A stretch of DNA of 64,000 nucleotides from Tubulanus polymorphus (GCF_964204645.1 NC_134032.1:13008275-13072274); one strand, 5' to 3'. Positions 26,387-39,559 are shown, counted from the first letter of the stretch. Notes: generated by a model from the letters alone, not told the origin. Translations and numbers: made by a program.

Positions 26387-27472
26387 ATGTACTCAACCAG
26401 GAAAAAGTGGAAAATTATTTCAATCGTTTTCATAATTAGTTCTAGCGTTATTTATATGATGAATGGATTTACCGCAACCCAGTGCCGCTGCCGAGAATCA
26501 TCATCGACGATACCGGACCTGCCATCCGTCGAGACTTTCATTAACAGTACATCTACGATGAATGTTGAACGTCAACAACTTTCATTACCCTTAAATCCTC
26601 CACCGCTAGAGATAAAATTCCCGAAGAATCCATTTCCAGTTATGACTGTCTGGTTTACGGGTCGCATTGGTAACTTGATGTACCAATACGCGGCGCTGTG
26701 TGCTATTTCTAAACACTGTGACGTCATGCCGGTCATCCCTTTCGATTTCAAACTAGCGACGGTTTTCGAATTGACAGCGCCTTCTTTAAAGCTTGCGAAA
26801 AAAGGCGTCAAAACTGTGCTCAAAGAAAAAAGCACAGGTAAGTTCGATCCAAGGTTTCGCAATTTAAACATCGCCAGTTTGCCCGCCTGTCGTATCCGGG
26901 GTTACTTACAGTCATGGAAATATTTTCAAAACGAAGCCGACGAAATTCGTAAACAATTCACATTCCGAAAACACATAAAAATGGCCGCCGAAAATTTCAT
27001 AGAGCGTAGCGCATACAATCTTCCATTGCTTACTAGCGCCAATATTACGACTATCGGCATACATATAAGACGCGGTGATATGAAGTCAACACGCTCATTT
27101 CGTTTCGGTTACGTCACAGTTCCGGTCAGCTATATAAAAAATGCGATGGACCGTATGACGTCATTGTACGGTGAAAAAGTACTGTTTATTGTTGCATCAG
27201 ATGATATTCCGTGGTGCGAGAAAAACGTACCCAGAAAAAATGCGAATGTGGTTTTTTCTAAAGCGAAAGACCCGGCTTTAGATCTGGCTATATTGTCATC
27301 CTGCGATCACATGATCATGTCGACTGGTTCGTTCGGTTGGTGGGCGGCCTGGTTAGCAAATGGAACGACTATATATTACAAGGATTGGCCGCGTAAAAAT
27401 TCGCCACTGTCACGACAGGTCAGTCATGAGGATTATTTTCCGCCATATTGGATCGGTTTATCCAGGAAGTGA
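26387..27472 (+). CDS. Galactoside alpha-1,2-fucosyltransferase (GT11, FUT1/FUT2-like), single coding exon, copy B
   Basis: Same motifs (GRIGNLMYQYA, GYLQSWKYF, GIHIRRGD, STGSFGWWAAWL). Tandem paralog of 23162-24232 with homologous flanks. Confidence 0.93.
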   Translation: MYSTRKKWKIISIVFIISSSVIYMMNGFTATQCRCRESSSTIPDLPSVETFINSTSTMNVERQQLSLPLNPPPLEIKFPKNPFPVMTVWFTGRIGNLMYQYAALCAISKHCDVMPVIPFDFKLATVFELTAPSLKLAKKGVKTVLKEKSTGKFDPRFRNLNIASLPACRIRGYLQSWKYFQNEADEIRKQFTFRKHIKMAAENFIERSAYNLPLLTSANITTIGIHIRRGDMKSTRSFRFGYVTVPVSYIKNAMDRMTSLYGEKVLFIVASDDIPWCEKNVPRKNANVVFSKAKDPALDLAILSSCDHMIMSTGSFGWWAAWLANGTTIYYKDWPRKNSPLSRQVSHEDYFPPYWIGLSRK

Positions 27473-28860
27473 AAGACGTTTCCGGTTTTAATGGGCGGGG
27501 TCGGAGAAAAAATCAAGTGAATGTCCCGAACAAAGCAGCCCTCACCGTGTCGCCACGGTGTTAGATTTAGCCTACATCGGTTAGGATGCAATTTCGGAGA
27601 GAATGAGTATCTTAATGTGAACAAGTTGTAACGACATCTATGTAGCTGGCTCGATAAAAGACTACGAGAAATTTCGTTGAAAGGTGCATTGTAGGCAAGA
27701 AAAATGATTTAACAACGGTTGTCGCTCGGGTTCCCCCTTAGGCGAGCACCAAAAAAAAAGTTTTTTTTTACGGCGCGCCTAAAAAGGGGGAACCCGAACG
27801 ATTCGTTTTATATGGCCAGATTTTAGGCGAACGGGGGACACTATGAAACAATAAAGCAACAGTTTTAAATACGGGGAACGATCATACCGGCAATTTCAAC
27901 CATTTTCAACACGTGAAAAAAAAACGCTTGGAAAGAGGTTAATTGAGTAACATGACAGTTACATGTCACGAGTTACAACTTTGCAACTGATTGCGTTTAC
28001 AAAATATTGTATATGATTCGATACTTAGCTCCCCCTGGTGGCGAGAACATGAAATTGGGTAATCCCAATTCAACGTGAGATGTATCCTATGACAGTGCTA
28101 ATGATAATCAAATATATATCAAGATTATAATGCAAGCTTTTGATATTTTCCTTGGTACTTTAATTGATAGAAGCGTCTTCAAAAATTGCCGATTCCAGCG
28201 AACAACAATGTATGCATCAGTCAGCTTAACTGTTTATAGGCTGCAGGGGCCGGTCCCTAGTCAAGACTTAAGACCAAAAGTGGTATTAAACCTTAAGACT
28301 GGTCTTAAGTTGTTAGATTGGCTATAAAACTAAGTTTGTCTTAGACCGCGGTCTTAAGTCTAAGCCAGTCTATGGAACCGGCCCTTGGTGTGTCTAGGGT
28401 GGAAGCCAAATACCAAGACAATCAGCGTTTTCAATAATTGGATTCCGTTCCACAGTTCTTTGCTCGGCAACGGTTGCGCGAGTGTTGAACCACGTTTCTC
28501 CCTGAAAAAATCGTTTCCCCGTTTCCCATATTGTATTCTAAGCACACTTCCTCCAATACACTCAAGCCCGCTTTAATCGAAATTAATGAAAAGGGTCATT
28601 CTTCATAATCCCCGAGAGGCCCGTGGTGAAATTAAACAGCAAAAAATGTATCGAAAAAAAATTGTGTAGTTAAACAGTTGTAACGACGGAAAGTATAAAT
28701 GGCGACCATATAATTTTCAGGGCATAATTAAATCATCATGCCCTAAACGCCAACATGGGGTTGATCAATTTCATCTTTTTTTCGTTCTTAATTACCAGAA
28801 TGCGATTATGATATCACGATTTTTGATGCAGACCAGATACGTAGCGGTAAAAAACAACGT

Positions 28861-29187
28861 ATCAGAGGCGCATTTGTTTGAAATCGGTTTATAGGAAACA
28901 CGTCTTTGTTCATGCCGTTTTACAAACCGGTTCGCATAAACCGGCATCTTTGTTCAGGCGTAAACCTAAAGGTTTCCGAAAACCGACTTAACGCGTTGCG
29001 AGCGGTTCGCAACATCGAACCGACTTTTCCAACATGGCCAAATAAGGAAAATTCCGCGGTCAGCTGACTCAAACCGAATTCTCGTTCTGTCGCATTTGTT
29101 TGCTCTACCGCAAACCGGTTTATGACGCAATAAAACCGATATAAACCGGTTTTATAGAAACCGATTTCAAACAAATGCGCTTCCGAT
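28861..29187. mobile_element. MITE with ~35-bp TIRs
   Basis: atcagaggcgcatttgtttgaaatcggttt ... aaaccgatttcaaacaaatgcgcttccgat. Confidence 0.65.
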
Positions 29188-29252
29188 TGGCTAGATACAT
29201 AGACTGGTGCCAGTGGCGACCCGTCCACCCAAGAAATCTTGGGCAATGTAAT

Positions 29253-29651
29253 TAGGCGCTTTTACGAAATTGAATCTGATTCAGTTTAGCTAAATCCGAT
29301 TCGATGTTGGAAAACAAAAGGATTAGTAAATCGAATGGTTTTTCGTAAATGAGTCGAATCAATTTATCAATTTAAAGGTCGCGATTCGAAAGAAAATGGT
29401 GACCGAATTATTGATAGATGATGGTCTGCAATAGATGTCTTTAGCCCGCGGTCAAAGAGGACGCCAAGTTGGATTTCACTGACTAAATCGCCACTAACTT
29501 GCTCGCCGAGCAAGTTAGTCGATTTAATAAATCAATTTACTAAACCGCGTCCATAAACGAGTTGGTTTACCAAATCAGATTCACTAAACCGCGTGCCGTA
29601 AACGTGAAACTTAAATCGATTTACAAGGATTCATTTTCGTAAAATCGCCTA
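29253..29651. mobile_element. MITE with TAGGCG...TTTACGAAA TIRs and internal TAAATCG subrepeats
   Basis: taggcgcttttacgaaattgaatc ... gattcattttcgtaaaatcgccta. Confidence 0.6.
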
Positions 29652-29697
29652 TTCACCATTGAAGGCTGTGCGTGTTGGCGTGAGGCAATCAATCCCA

Positions 29698-29829
29698 GGG
29701 GTCGGTTGCACAGTCAGTCACACTTAAGACCAGTCTAAGACCAACTTAGTTCTGTAACCAATCTAACAACTTAAGTCTTAAAATTTAAAACTACTTTTGG
29801 ACTTAAGACACGACTGTGCAACTGGCCCC
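29698..29829. mobile_element. MITE family A copy
   Basis: gggtcggttgcacagtc ... gactgtgcaactggccc, flanked by cag / ctg. Confidence 0.7.
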
Positions 29830-30329
29830 TGGTAAGCGAGGATGGTTCCGCTGTATTTCAATAAGAGCAAATGAAGCCACGATCATTCAATAATAATGGA
29901 GTAAAACGTTTTATCCCGTACAAAAAAAAAGATAATTTATTACATAGATGGCAGCACAGATACCGTTTAGACCGTATAATCACTCAACTCAAGTTATAAT
30001 AATTTGATCAGATGCTTCACAGATGGGCAGCGCAATTTTCTTTTTCATGAGAATTCGAACCCTTCGAAAGAAATTCTGTTTGTTTTAAACCGTAATTTAG
30101 CGACAATAAAAAGGAACTCGCGAGAACTTTTCTTGAATTCAGTCGATATATGTTCATAATACGCAGTAAAACCAGCTTAATCCGGATCATTCGAATATCA
30201 ATTTCCAGATGCTTAAAATTCATGTACGGACGAACCGTATGAATGACGAACAGGATCAGATCGAAATCTGGATTAAGCCGGCTTAACCGTATAATTCGAA
30301 TCTTACAAAGCTAATCATTCATTCTTAAG

Positions 30330-33300
30330 TTAACCGAGCATTCCGGAATTGACGGCTTGTTGATACGACGGACCGCCCTGGCCTTTGTTTTCCGGCGCCA
30401 GTTTGATCATGTCGTCGATTCGTAGAATGGTGATCGCGGCTTCGGTGGCGAATTTCAAACTCTTGATCTTCGATATCGCCGGCTCGAACACGCCGGCTTT
30501 CTTGTTGTCGCGAACGACGCCTTCGTACAAGTCGAGCCCGACCCTGAATACGAAAGAGAATGGAAAACTCATTTTCATCACTGAATTATTAACCAGTTAA
30601 ATGTACATACCGGTATACTGCGGCAGGATGATGTCAGGTGTGGATCTAGAGGGGGGTTTCGATCCCCCTGCTCAGCTACCAAAACAATTTTTTAAGCGTT
30701 TTCTTGAAGGAATTGTACTCAAGACAAAGTGGGCGGACAGTACCAGATAATTGGTACTCATTTCATCACTGAATTATTAACCAGTTAAATGTACATATAC
30801 TGAGGCAGGATGATGTCAGGTGCGGATCCAGAGGAAAGGGGGGTTCAGAGGACGTGAACCCCCTGCTCAGCTACCAAAAAAGTTTTCTAATCCTTTTCTT
30901 GAAGGAATGTACTCAAGACAAAGTGGGCGAACAGTACCAGGTAATCGGTACCATACCATCTTATGTTTGGCCAAACAATATGTCGTATAGGCCCCCTATC
31001 ATTAGAGATTTTAGTCGACAGTTTAACATTTATTAACATTGTTTATGAACCCGCGAAAAAATCCTGGATCGGCGCCTAATGTCATAATAAGACCCTCGTC
31101 TTAGTAGACATATCATTTCGAGGGATTTGAACTTGATGACGATGTGAAATACCCTGTCATGGTACTAACCCATACCCTAGTGGACACATTTCCTAAGGAG
31201 GGGGTTAGAATGAAATATGCAGTATTATAATTTCCGCCAGGGCGTAAGGCTTTTTTCATTAAAAGTATACCCCCTTTTTTGCCCTTTTTCTTTTCTACGC
31301 TTCACAGTGTAGAAGTACTTTCTGTAACTTTTCTTTTATGTAATAGTGATGACTGTATTTCTGTATTCTGTATTGTATCTCTTTAGTAAAGAAATACACT
31401 TATATTGCTATTATTATCATTATAATTACCATTTTAGATCGGCGTGTTCCGACTTCGTTTGAGATGAATTGTGATAGGCCCGCAGTTTCGCGACGAGGTC
31501 CGTGGAATCTTGCGCGGCGTTGACCGCGAGCTGTTTCGGAATCACCAGTAACGAACGCGCAAACTCGGCAATAGCTAACTGCTCCCTAGAACTCTGTAAC
31601 ATAAAATAAACAAGATTTTTACATACAGCTTAGCTTATACGGCAGGTGTCAATCTGCAGGCTGGAACCACCCGCCCCCTTCAGATTCGCAACCATCTGCG
31701 TGAAGTTTTGACAATATTGCTTTCTGACATGCATTTAGGACTTCACCAGAGACGTTTCTAATCGAAAATGGACTGCAAACACTAGAAACTAGGTTTTTCA
31801 CCAGAAAACTTTCAAGTAGTGATCATCCACACTTCACACAATGTTGAGTTACATGATCAGTGGGAATCAGAAATTCCCCGATATTCTCCAGACCCATTTA
31901 ACCAACGATTCCTTGATTAAATCATATCCTCATAACAGCCGTTTAATTTTACTCAAGAGGTTCCTCGTGCCACTCAACACCAGCAAAAACAACAAGATGC
32001 CAAAAATTTAGATTCCCCGACGTTTCTCCGATTTTCAAGAGAAATCAGAGCCAAACTTTCTGTGCAGGGAAAATAAAACCAGAATTCCCTGATATGTAAA
32101 AGCCCGGTGATTAAGGTTTGATTTTAGGCTGCAGGACCCAGTTCCACAGTTGTGAGTTAAGATTTGACTCACCACAGTTAACTCATTGAAAATGAACTAA
32201 TTCTAACTCTAACTCACAACTGTGGAACTGGATCCAGATTGATATGTGCACAGTTAAACAGTTTTAATATATCGAAGAGAACATACCAGAGAAGTTGCGT
32301 AATTTTCCAGATAGATCGATAACGCAGCCTCGACCGCTCCACCGCCGGGTACGAGCGATTTCGATTCTAGTACTCGTTTCACCACGCAGAGGGCGTCGTG
32401 TATCGACCGTTCCATTTCGTCGACCATGAAGTCGTTGGCACCGCGGAGAATAATTGACGCAGCTGTGCGAGCCTTCGTTCTGAAATTTAAAAAAAAAAAA
32501 AAATATACGAGATACGAGGACTTCACAGTTGATCATGACAATCTAGGATTCCATTTGTGGCAAGTGAGGATCCACCAGGTGCGCTAGTGTGCAGTAGTCA
32601 GTGGCAAAGCGTGTATCCACTAGGTTTGCTAGCACGCACAAGCAGGGTCCCTACAGATCGTCATTCCTGGATATAAGCAGTTTACAAGAAGTTAGAGAAG
32701 ATTTCATCGAACAAAGTCGCACGGAAACTGTTTGATTTTATACGCAATTTAGCACTCTCATCAAATTCCCCTGACGTTAAGCTATTTTACAAAATTCATT
32801 TTTTTCAAGACTAGGGGTCCAGGGACACCATGCCCACTTGGGAAGTGGTTTCAAATGCTCAACAATCTAACAATTTCAACATTCAACGCCCCCTGGTGAC
32901 CATTCACAAAAACCAATGACCTTGAAACTCACCACAATCATAGAACCTGTCAGCAACTACGATTTTGTAATTGATTGTGATAACAAAATATGCCTCGTTA
33001 CCAATTTAATATGGAAATACTAAGTCATTCTACTATTCACCGCCCCCTGGTGACCATATTCAAAACCCAATGACCTCGAAACTCACCACAATCATAGAAC
33101 ATGTCATGAACTACAACTTTGCAATTGATCATGGTAGCAAAATATGCCTAGGTACCAATATAATAAAGAAATACTAAGTTATTCTACTATTCAACGCTCC
33201 CTGGTGACCATATAGATAAACTTATGTCCTTAAAACTCGCAACAATCATAGATGATGTCATGAGCTACAACTTTGCAATTGATTGTGGTTACAAAATATG

Positions 33301-36300
33301 CATAGGTACGAATATAATAAAGAAACGCTAAGATATTGTATTATTCAACGCCCCCTGGTGGCCATATACAAAATCCAATTACCATGAAACTCACCACAAT
33401 CATAGAACACGTTATGAGCTACAACTTTCTAATTGATTGTGGTTGCAAAATATGCTTAGGTATCAATATTATGTGGAAAAACTTTTTCCCACTTACGAAT
33501 GAGTACTGGTGACACCAAGATGGCCGCCAATTGCGTCATAATTGGCTGATGAAAAATACCTGTCTCAGGTATAAAACATCCCTTTCCAAAGAATACCCAT
33601 CACAAATTGCAATGAGAAATGATAAACCAGTAGGAAGCTACAGGACTCAGAATTTGGGCCAAAATTAACATTTTTGGGCACTAAAAAGGTCATAGGACGG
33701 CCATCTTGAGTCCGATCGACCCAATTTTTGTTATGTTGATGGGCCCTGGGGGGATTCACATATATCCGAAAGATCAAGGTAATTGATCAAAGCGTCTTCA
33801 AAATTTCCCTCAAAAAGTTCAAAAATGTGTAAAAAGTGCTGATTTTGGCGAACAACAATGGCTGCCAGTCGGCCATCTTGATTCTGACGGGGGCAGTTTT
33901 TGGGCTGAAGATGTGTCTAGGGTAGATACATGTGTAACCCAAATATCAAGACGTTACCTTGAAGCGTCTTCAAAACTTCCCAAAATAACTGGATTCCGTC
34001 TATGGATGGACGGACGGACGGACGAAAAGTGAACGCAATAGCCCGCTGGGACTAAAGTCCCAAGTGGGCTAAAAAGTCAGAATTCCCCGACTTTTCACCG
34101 ATTTCCTGTTAAGTGGCCACCCTGGCTATCTTACGTACCCTTTGATAAGGATCAGCTCATCGTCGCAGATACGTTCCTGCACGACTTCATCGGCCTGACC
34201 GAGATTAGTGGCGTCGAATGACTCATCTCCTTCTAGATTGGCCATCGTCATAACTAACTGACCTGCAGAGAAAATACACAAGCAAATGAAAATACACATT
34301 CGAAGTTCATTGTGTTACCGTCCCTATTTATCTGCTGTTTATCTTTAATTTTCAGGAAATGGTCCAACGATTTGAATTCTTGTGCGTAAATTCTGAGCTC
34401 ATAGCATATAAATATCACTGTTCCCACAGTTACATGACTTAAAAATTCCCAAGTATTTCATGGTTGATTTATCCGAATGGAAAATGGGGCCTACATAAAA
34501 ATGGACAGATATCATTATACTACATTTTAATGGTTACTGGTTGATTAAGGTGACTTTTCAAGAGAAATTGCTGAAGAAAGTTGCGTTGGCAAATGCAATG
34601 TGTGAAATGTAAATGAATTTCCAAAATATTTCCCTGATTTGAGGAAAATTTTTCAAATTTCCAGACTGGGAATTATTTTTTCCAAAATTCCGAAGTTTTT
34701 CCCAATTTCAATGATCAAGATATCCATTTTTCACAAATTATCGCATCAACCCGATAAAGCACACTTACCTCCGGTGGCTTTAGCGATACGTTTCAGATCG
34801 GCCTTCTTACAACGTCGCACGGCCATCGCGCCGACCTCGACGAAATACTTCAAACACAGATCATCGATTCCACCCGTCGTGAGGATCACGTTGGCGCCGG
34901 TCGCGAGGATTTTCTCGATTCGTTCCTTCGTGATGTCGGATTCCCTGGCGAAATAAAATAGATCACAATACGATGTGGTAGGCTTTCGACCGTTTGATGA
35001 TGAACATCGGTGAGGGTTCGTTCAGATCAGGGAACCAAAAATTCCTTGATTAAATAAAGTTATCCTTAGTGAGAGCTGTTTCTTATCAAGATGTCCCTTG
35101 TGCCACTCATCATCAGCAAGAACAACAAGACACCATCAATTCAAATTCCGTGATTGAATTATAAGATATCCTCAGTGAGGGCTGTTTCTTATCAAGAGGT
35201 TCCTTATGCCACTCGTCACCATCAATTGAAATTTTCAACACTTTTCTATGATTTTCAAGAAAAGTCAGAATCCCCATATTTTTCCCTGATCTGCTGGACA
35301 AGTAATGCACTTTCTTTGATTCTGTAAATTTCGAGTTAATAAACGTACCTTTGTCTGATGGCGTCTAATTTCTGCGGGTCGGATACCAACACTTGCACGC
35401 CCATCTTCATCTTAGCTTTCTGCAGGTTGAAATCCAAACACGCGATCTTCGCGTTCGTGATCTTCTTCACCATCACTGAAATTAACAGAAATAATTTACC
35501 ATTAAATAATACACTGAAATGTCAAGTACTAGCTAACAAACAAGATCATTCTATGAAACGGCAACCAGGGATTCGGGGCAACATGCGCGCCTGGGATTGA
35601 TCTGAGAAGCCGGTCAGAAGTGTATTCCAATCGGTTCACAACTGAAGTTGGCTGACAACTTCTAAACACTCTTAAAACATAGCTTCACGTTACGATTCAT
35701 TTTAAAGAAAATTAAACGATGATAATCTGCCAACTTTCTCGTTCGAACACAACCACTTTTAACCGTCAACGTTATAAATCTAGATAATCGAGACCGAATT
35801 TACAATTGTTTCACAAATGTGATTCTAATTTCGCTAAATTCACTCGTTTTTCGAGTCGTGCGATTAAGAAATCGAAGACCTGACAATAATGTCGCATGAT
35901 CGCTGGTGTAACGAGTCAATACTTACATTGAGAAGCGACCGTGCAGTTCAACGCGTATCCGTTAATCATTTGACTCTCGCGACTGCTCTGGCCGTGCGCT
36001 TTCAAAACGTTGATAGCTTTGATCGGATAACGGTGTCCGCCTTTACCGTCGGATACCTTAATCGCGTTCGCCGCGTCGACGACCATGTTCGAGAAGAAGT
36101 CGGCGTCAGTGGAAAAACGTCAAGGGAAATTTTCTCATTCAGCAAATTATTTAAGTCATAACCAGGCCACTAGATTAGACCAACACGCCACTGATTTTAA
36201 CTAATTGTACGCGTTATTCTTATTTATGGGTGACTTAAGTGAACCTTTAATCAAACTTTGAATAAATGCAAAGATTCTTTATCACCATTCTTCCAATTTT

Positions 36301-39199
36301 TATCGCCCACGCTTCATGTCATTGTTCGGAGCTTCATCAGACATTTTCGATTGAAAATGAACTAAAAACACCAGATATTAGACATTTCATCAGCACACTT
36401 TCAAAAACTGACCATCTACACTTCACTTGTGTCCAGTATTTCCATCTGATACATTTTCAATTGAAAATTCACAAATGAATTAATCGAAAAATGAACTACA
36501 AACACGAGGTGTCTATTGGTTTTAAGTCAATAATAACAGTTAACAATTCAATACTACCATAGAATATATCCACTGGTTAACTACCATCCATTCAACAACT
36601 GGCCCCAGACAATTATCATCAAGTTTATTAAAATTGATCGTCGAGACTTCCGATTGATCCATAACTAACGACAAATATCATAATCATGTCAATAAAAGGA
36701 TATGATCCGATGACTTTGCTCGCCATGCTGGTTTTCGCTGCATTGATGATGCTGTCCTTGCCGAGTTCATCAACTCCTAACGTCAAATGTTCTTGGATGT
36801 ACTTACAAGCTTCTCTGAAATGGTAAAATCGGGCAATTTAAATTACAAATCGTCTGGCCATACAACAAAATATAAAACATTTGTTTTTCTAAGTGGACAG
36901 GAGCTGGTAACTCAACTGTTAGAGCTAACCAGTGGATAATTGCCATAATGACAATTGAAATAGCTTTGTAACTCTGATCCACCAGTTAACTCTTAACCAA
37001 CGTCTGAGCAACCGGCCCCATATATCTTATTGCTGAAACTTCCACGACGTTTTTTCAAGTAAAATTCCGGAACTTAAATCCTGCAAATATTCATATTAAT
37101 CAGACCACTCTTATTATCCCCACTTCAGGTACAGCTCTTAGGGCTTAGGGGTGTCCTCCTCAAATATGTCAATTTTCAATTAATATGTAGTTGTAATCAA
37201 ACAAAATTTGTATTCCCATGTTCATATATTTGAGAAAATAAATTCATACAGTCATTCACTTTTAAAGCAGTTTATAAGCAGTACTCACTTGCAAGCTAAT
37301 CTATATCCAGTTATAATCGATGTGGGATGTATTTTATTTGTCACCAGTTCATCGGCGTTCTTTAACAACTCCGCAGCAATAATCACCTGTACGAAAAAAT
37401 AAGAAAATGTCTATACGTCAAAAATCTTCGAAAGGGTCCAGTTTTATGCGAGTATAACCTGGAATCACCCCTTCTAGGATTCATAGCATAACCGAACTAA
37501 TTCCATGACTCCATGATATTTTTGTGTGGCAACCAATTCAGACAAATAGGTAGAGTGAACTTCGCCTTACTCGGACATGGGCAACTCGGACTTATGGCTA
37601 ACTCTTGACAAAAACAAAATCATTTTTCTGACTTCCTAACATATGATATCCATAACTCGGACTTTGTTTCATGGATTTTACGGGCCCCAGTTTGTCTGAG
37701 TTTAAGGTAAGGTTTACTGTAGAATTTTTTTAAACCAGAACTTATAAATTTCTGAAATTCAACATTTTAGATACCAATGCGTGAGCGTGTCTGGGAATTT
37801 CGCTGCACTTACAACAGAAGTCGTTCCGTCGCCAACTTCCTCGTCCTGAAGCTGAGCCAACTCAACGAGAATCTTTGCCGCAGCATGTTCTACTTCCAAC
37901 ATTTTCAGTATGGTGGCGCCATCATTCGTGATCGTCACGTCCTACAAATAATGATCATTATTGGCAGGTGTTGCTAGTGAGTAAGATATCAATCACCAAG
38001 TGCAAATACGAATTCTAATTCTACTGGCAAGTGAGGATCCACCAGGTGAGCTAGCGTTCAGCAGGACATCAACTACTGTGGCGATAGAGGATTCCACTTG
38101 TGGCAAGTGAGGATCTACCAGGTGCGCTAGTGTGCTGTAGGACATCAACTACTGCAGCAATATAGGATTCTACTTGTGGCAAGTGAGGATCCACCAGGTG
38201 TGCTAGTGTTCAGCAGGACATCAACTCCTACAGCAATAGAAGGTCCTCCAGGTCTGCAGGTGTTGCAAACAGTTTCTAGGTCTTTCGCGCTACAATTTCT
38301 TCCACATTTCAATTGAATTAATTCTGTAAGATTCACCAAAACTTACCCCGATATCATCAACCAACATCTTGTCCAACCCGACAGGACCTAAGCTGCTTTT
38401 CACGATATTAGCTATGCTTGAAGCTGCCATAACTAAAAACAATTAACCAATTAGTATTACTGTATTAGTAACTAATTATCACGTAAACATCTGAAAGCAG
38501 GGGACCAGAAACAAATAGCAAAGAGATTTACAACAGTTTCCTGTTGAAAACCTATGTAAAAGAGAATTGGTGGCTTTACTAACTGAATCCTGAAAGTGGC
38601 CGGTTTACGACGCCTCTGTCCAAAAAGACTGAGACTAGCAAGCTTTGCACGTACTTGAATCAGGGCCTGGTCATCATTGAGAGCGATATACCACACGCAC
38701 TTAAGGTTTCCAGTGAAGTGGTACTTAGGATTCTGTTGAAAATCCCCAGGTCAAATGAGTCTAAATAAAGTGACAAGCCCTGTCTTGTCCATTTACTTTG
38801 AAACTCGAAGTCCATTTGGCGACAGCTAATCCCAGCTCATGTGTATCTAGGACCCTCATCGTAAGTGTGGGTAATTCTTTTTTAAGCTTAAATTTTCTCA
38901 AGCGTGGATTATTTCCAATTAACAACGTGTCCGCAGGATGAATCACTTGATGGATTTTTCTAGAAGGAACCGGCAAAAGTGACGGTCGGAGCCGCCCGGC
39001 CGGCGGGCAAGTCTGGTGAGAATTAAACCAGCGTTCACTGGACCCCAAACAGTGGTAGGCGACTGTCGCACCTCTTCAAAGAAAGAAAATAAAATCCTCT
39101 CCCATAAAAATATAAATATATCCTACCGTTTTGTGTCCTGATCGATTGTCCGGTGGTTCTTTCACCACCGACGGACAGAGTTGCCATAGTGTCAGCCAT
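30330..39199 (-). CDS. TCP1: T-complex protein 1 subunit alpha (CCT1), 12 exons, 558 aa
   Basis: Exons (minus): 39199-39127, 38432-38347, 37941-37813, 37386-37289, 36814-36704, 36108-35927, 35475-35349, 34944-34769, 34262-34139, 32479-32287, 31593-31430, 30543-30330. They sum to 1677 nt in frame. Peptides: [71 protein letters not shown]. Confidence 0.96.
30567..30952. repeat. ~190-bp direct tandem duplication in TCP1 intron 11
   Basis: catcactgaattattaaccagttaaatgtacata...gtactcaagacaaagtgggcg occurs twice, including the left end of a MITE. Confidence 0.75.
32135..32234. mobile_element. PIF/Harbinger-like MITE family B (GACCCAGTTCCACAGTT...AACTGTGGAACTGGATC)
   Basis: Near-perfect TIRs with CAG/CAG TSD. 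Other copies at ~9975-10067, 10740-10785 (partial), 61762-61870 and 63911-63980. Confidence 0.7.
32680..34075. mobile_element. Non-autonomous Helentron/HINE-like element with an internal ~154-bp tandem array (TCP1 intron 9)
   Basis: Four tandem units start near 32881, 33035, 33190 and 33343. (GGAC)n microsatellite at 34008-34024, terminal hairpin tagcccgctgggact-aa-agtcccaagtgggcta at 34039-34071, then an A run. The left boundary is approximate. Confidence 0.65.
36109..36703 (-). other. U12-type (minor spliceosome) AT-AC intron, TCP1 intron 5
   Basis: The minus strand reads GGA TC|ATATCCTTTT ... TTCCCTTGAC (branch-like) GTTTTTCCAC|T GAC GCC. Joining these gives the expected [14 protein letters not shown]. 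Confidence 0.92.
38025..38245. repeat. ~74-bp tandem repeat x3 (TCP1 intron 2), with dispersed monomers
   Basis: The unit tggcaagtgaggatccaccaggtgcgctagtgt... also occurs at ~15048, 32557 and 1245. Confidence 0.75.
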
Positions 39200-39559
39200 C
39201 TTGGATTGTTAGTGCACGAGGAATTTTTTACGGCCGTGATTATATCGTAGCGTAGAGAGATTGAATACGTCACCATTTGCTGTAGTAGAACATATGCTGA
39301 CAGTACGGTCACGAGTATGATTTAACCTTAATCCATTTAGACAACCAGACCGATTGGCTGAAACGTTGTTCAGTGAAAACCTTCGATAAATTTTATCATC
39401 AATCATTTTACTTGCTTTTTAGTTACATTTAATAATTTATAAGATAATTTTATAATTTTTCATACATTCTATATCTCAAAAATCCCAAAATATCGATATT
39501 CTATTCATTGAAGGGTATCATCGTTTCGCCATGAAAGGTTTATTCTTTACAGAAACAAG
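39200..39559. promoter_or_regulatory. Probable bidirectional promoter between TCP1 and NMD3
   Basis: The divergent start codons are only 360 bp apart. An acceptor (ctttacAG at 39552) just before the NMD3 ATG suggests a 5'UTR exon within or beyond this interval. Confidence 0.6.

Noticed and set aside
23162-27472. Bacterial horizontal origin of the intronless fucosyltransferases
   Set aside because: Animal GT11 genes typically have a single coding exon, and these carry a Golgi type II anchor and stem.
36330-36395. C/D snoRNA-like TGATGA...CTGA on the minus strand
   Set aside because: The core ttgaaaat..actaaaaacaccaga recurs at ~57538, so it is probably a repeat fragment.
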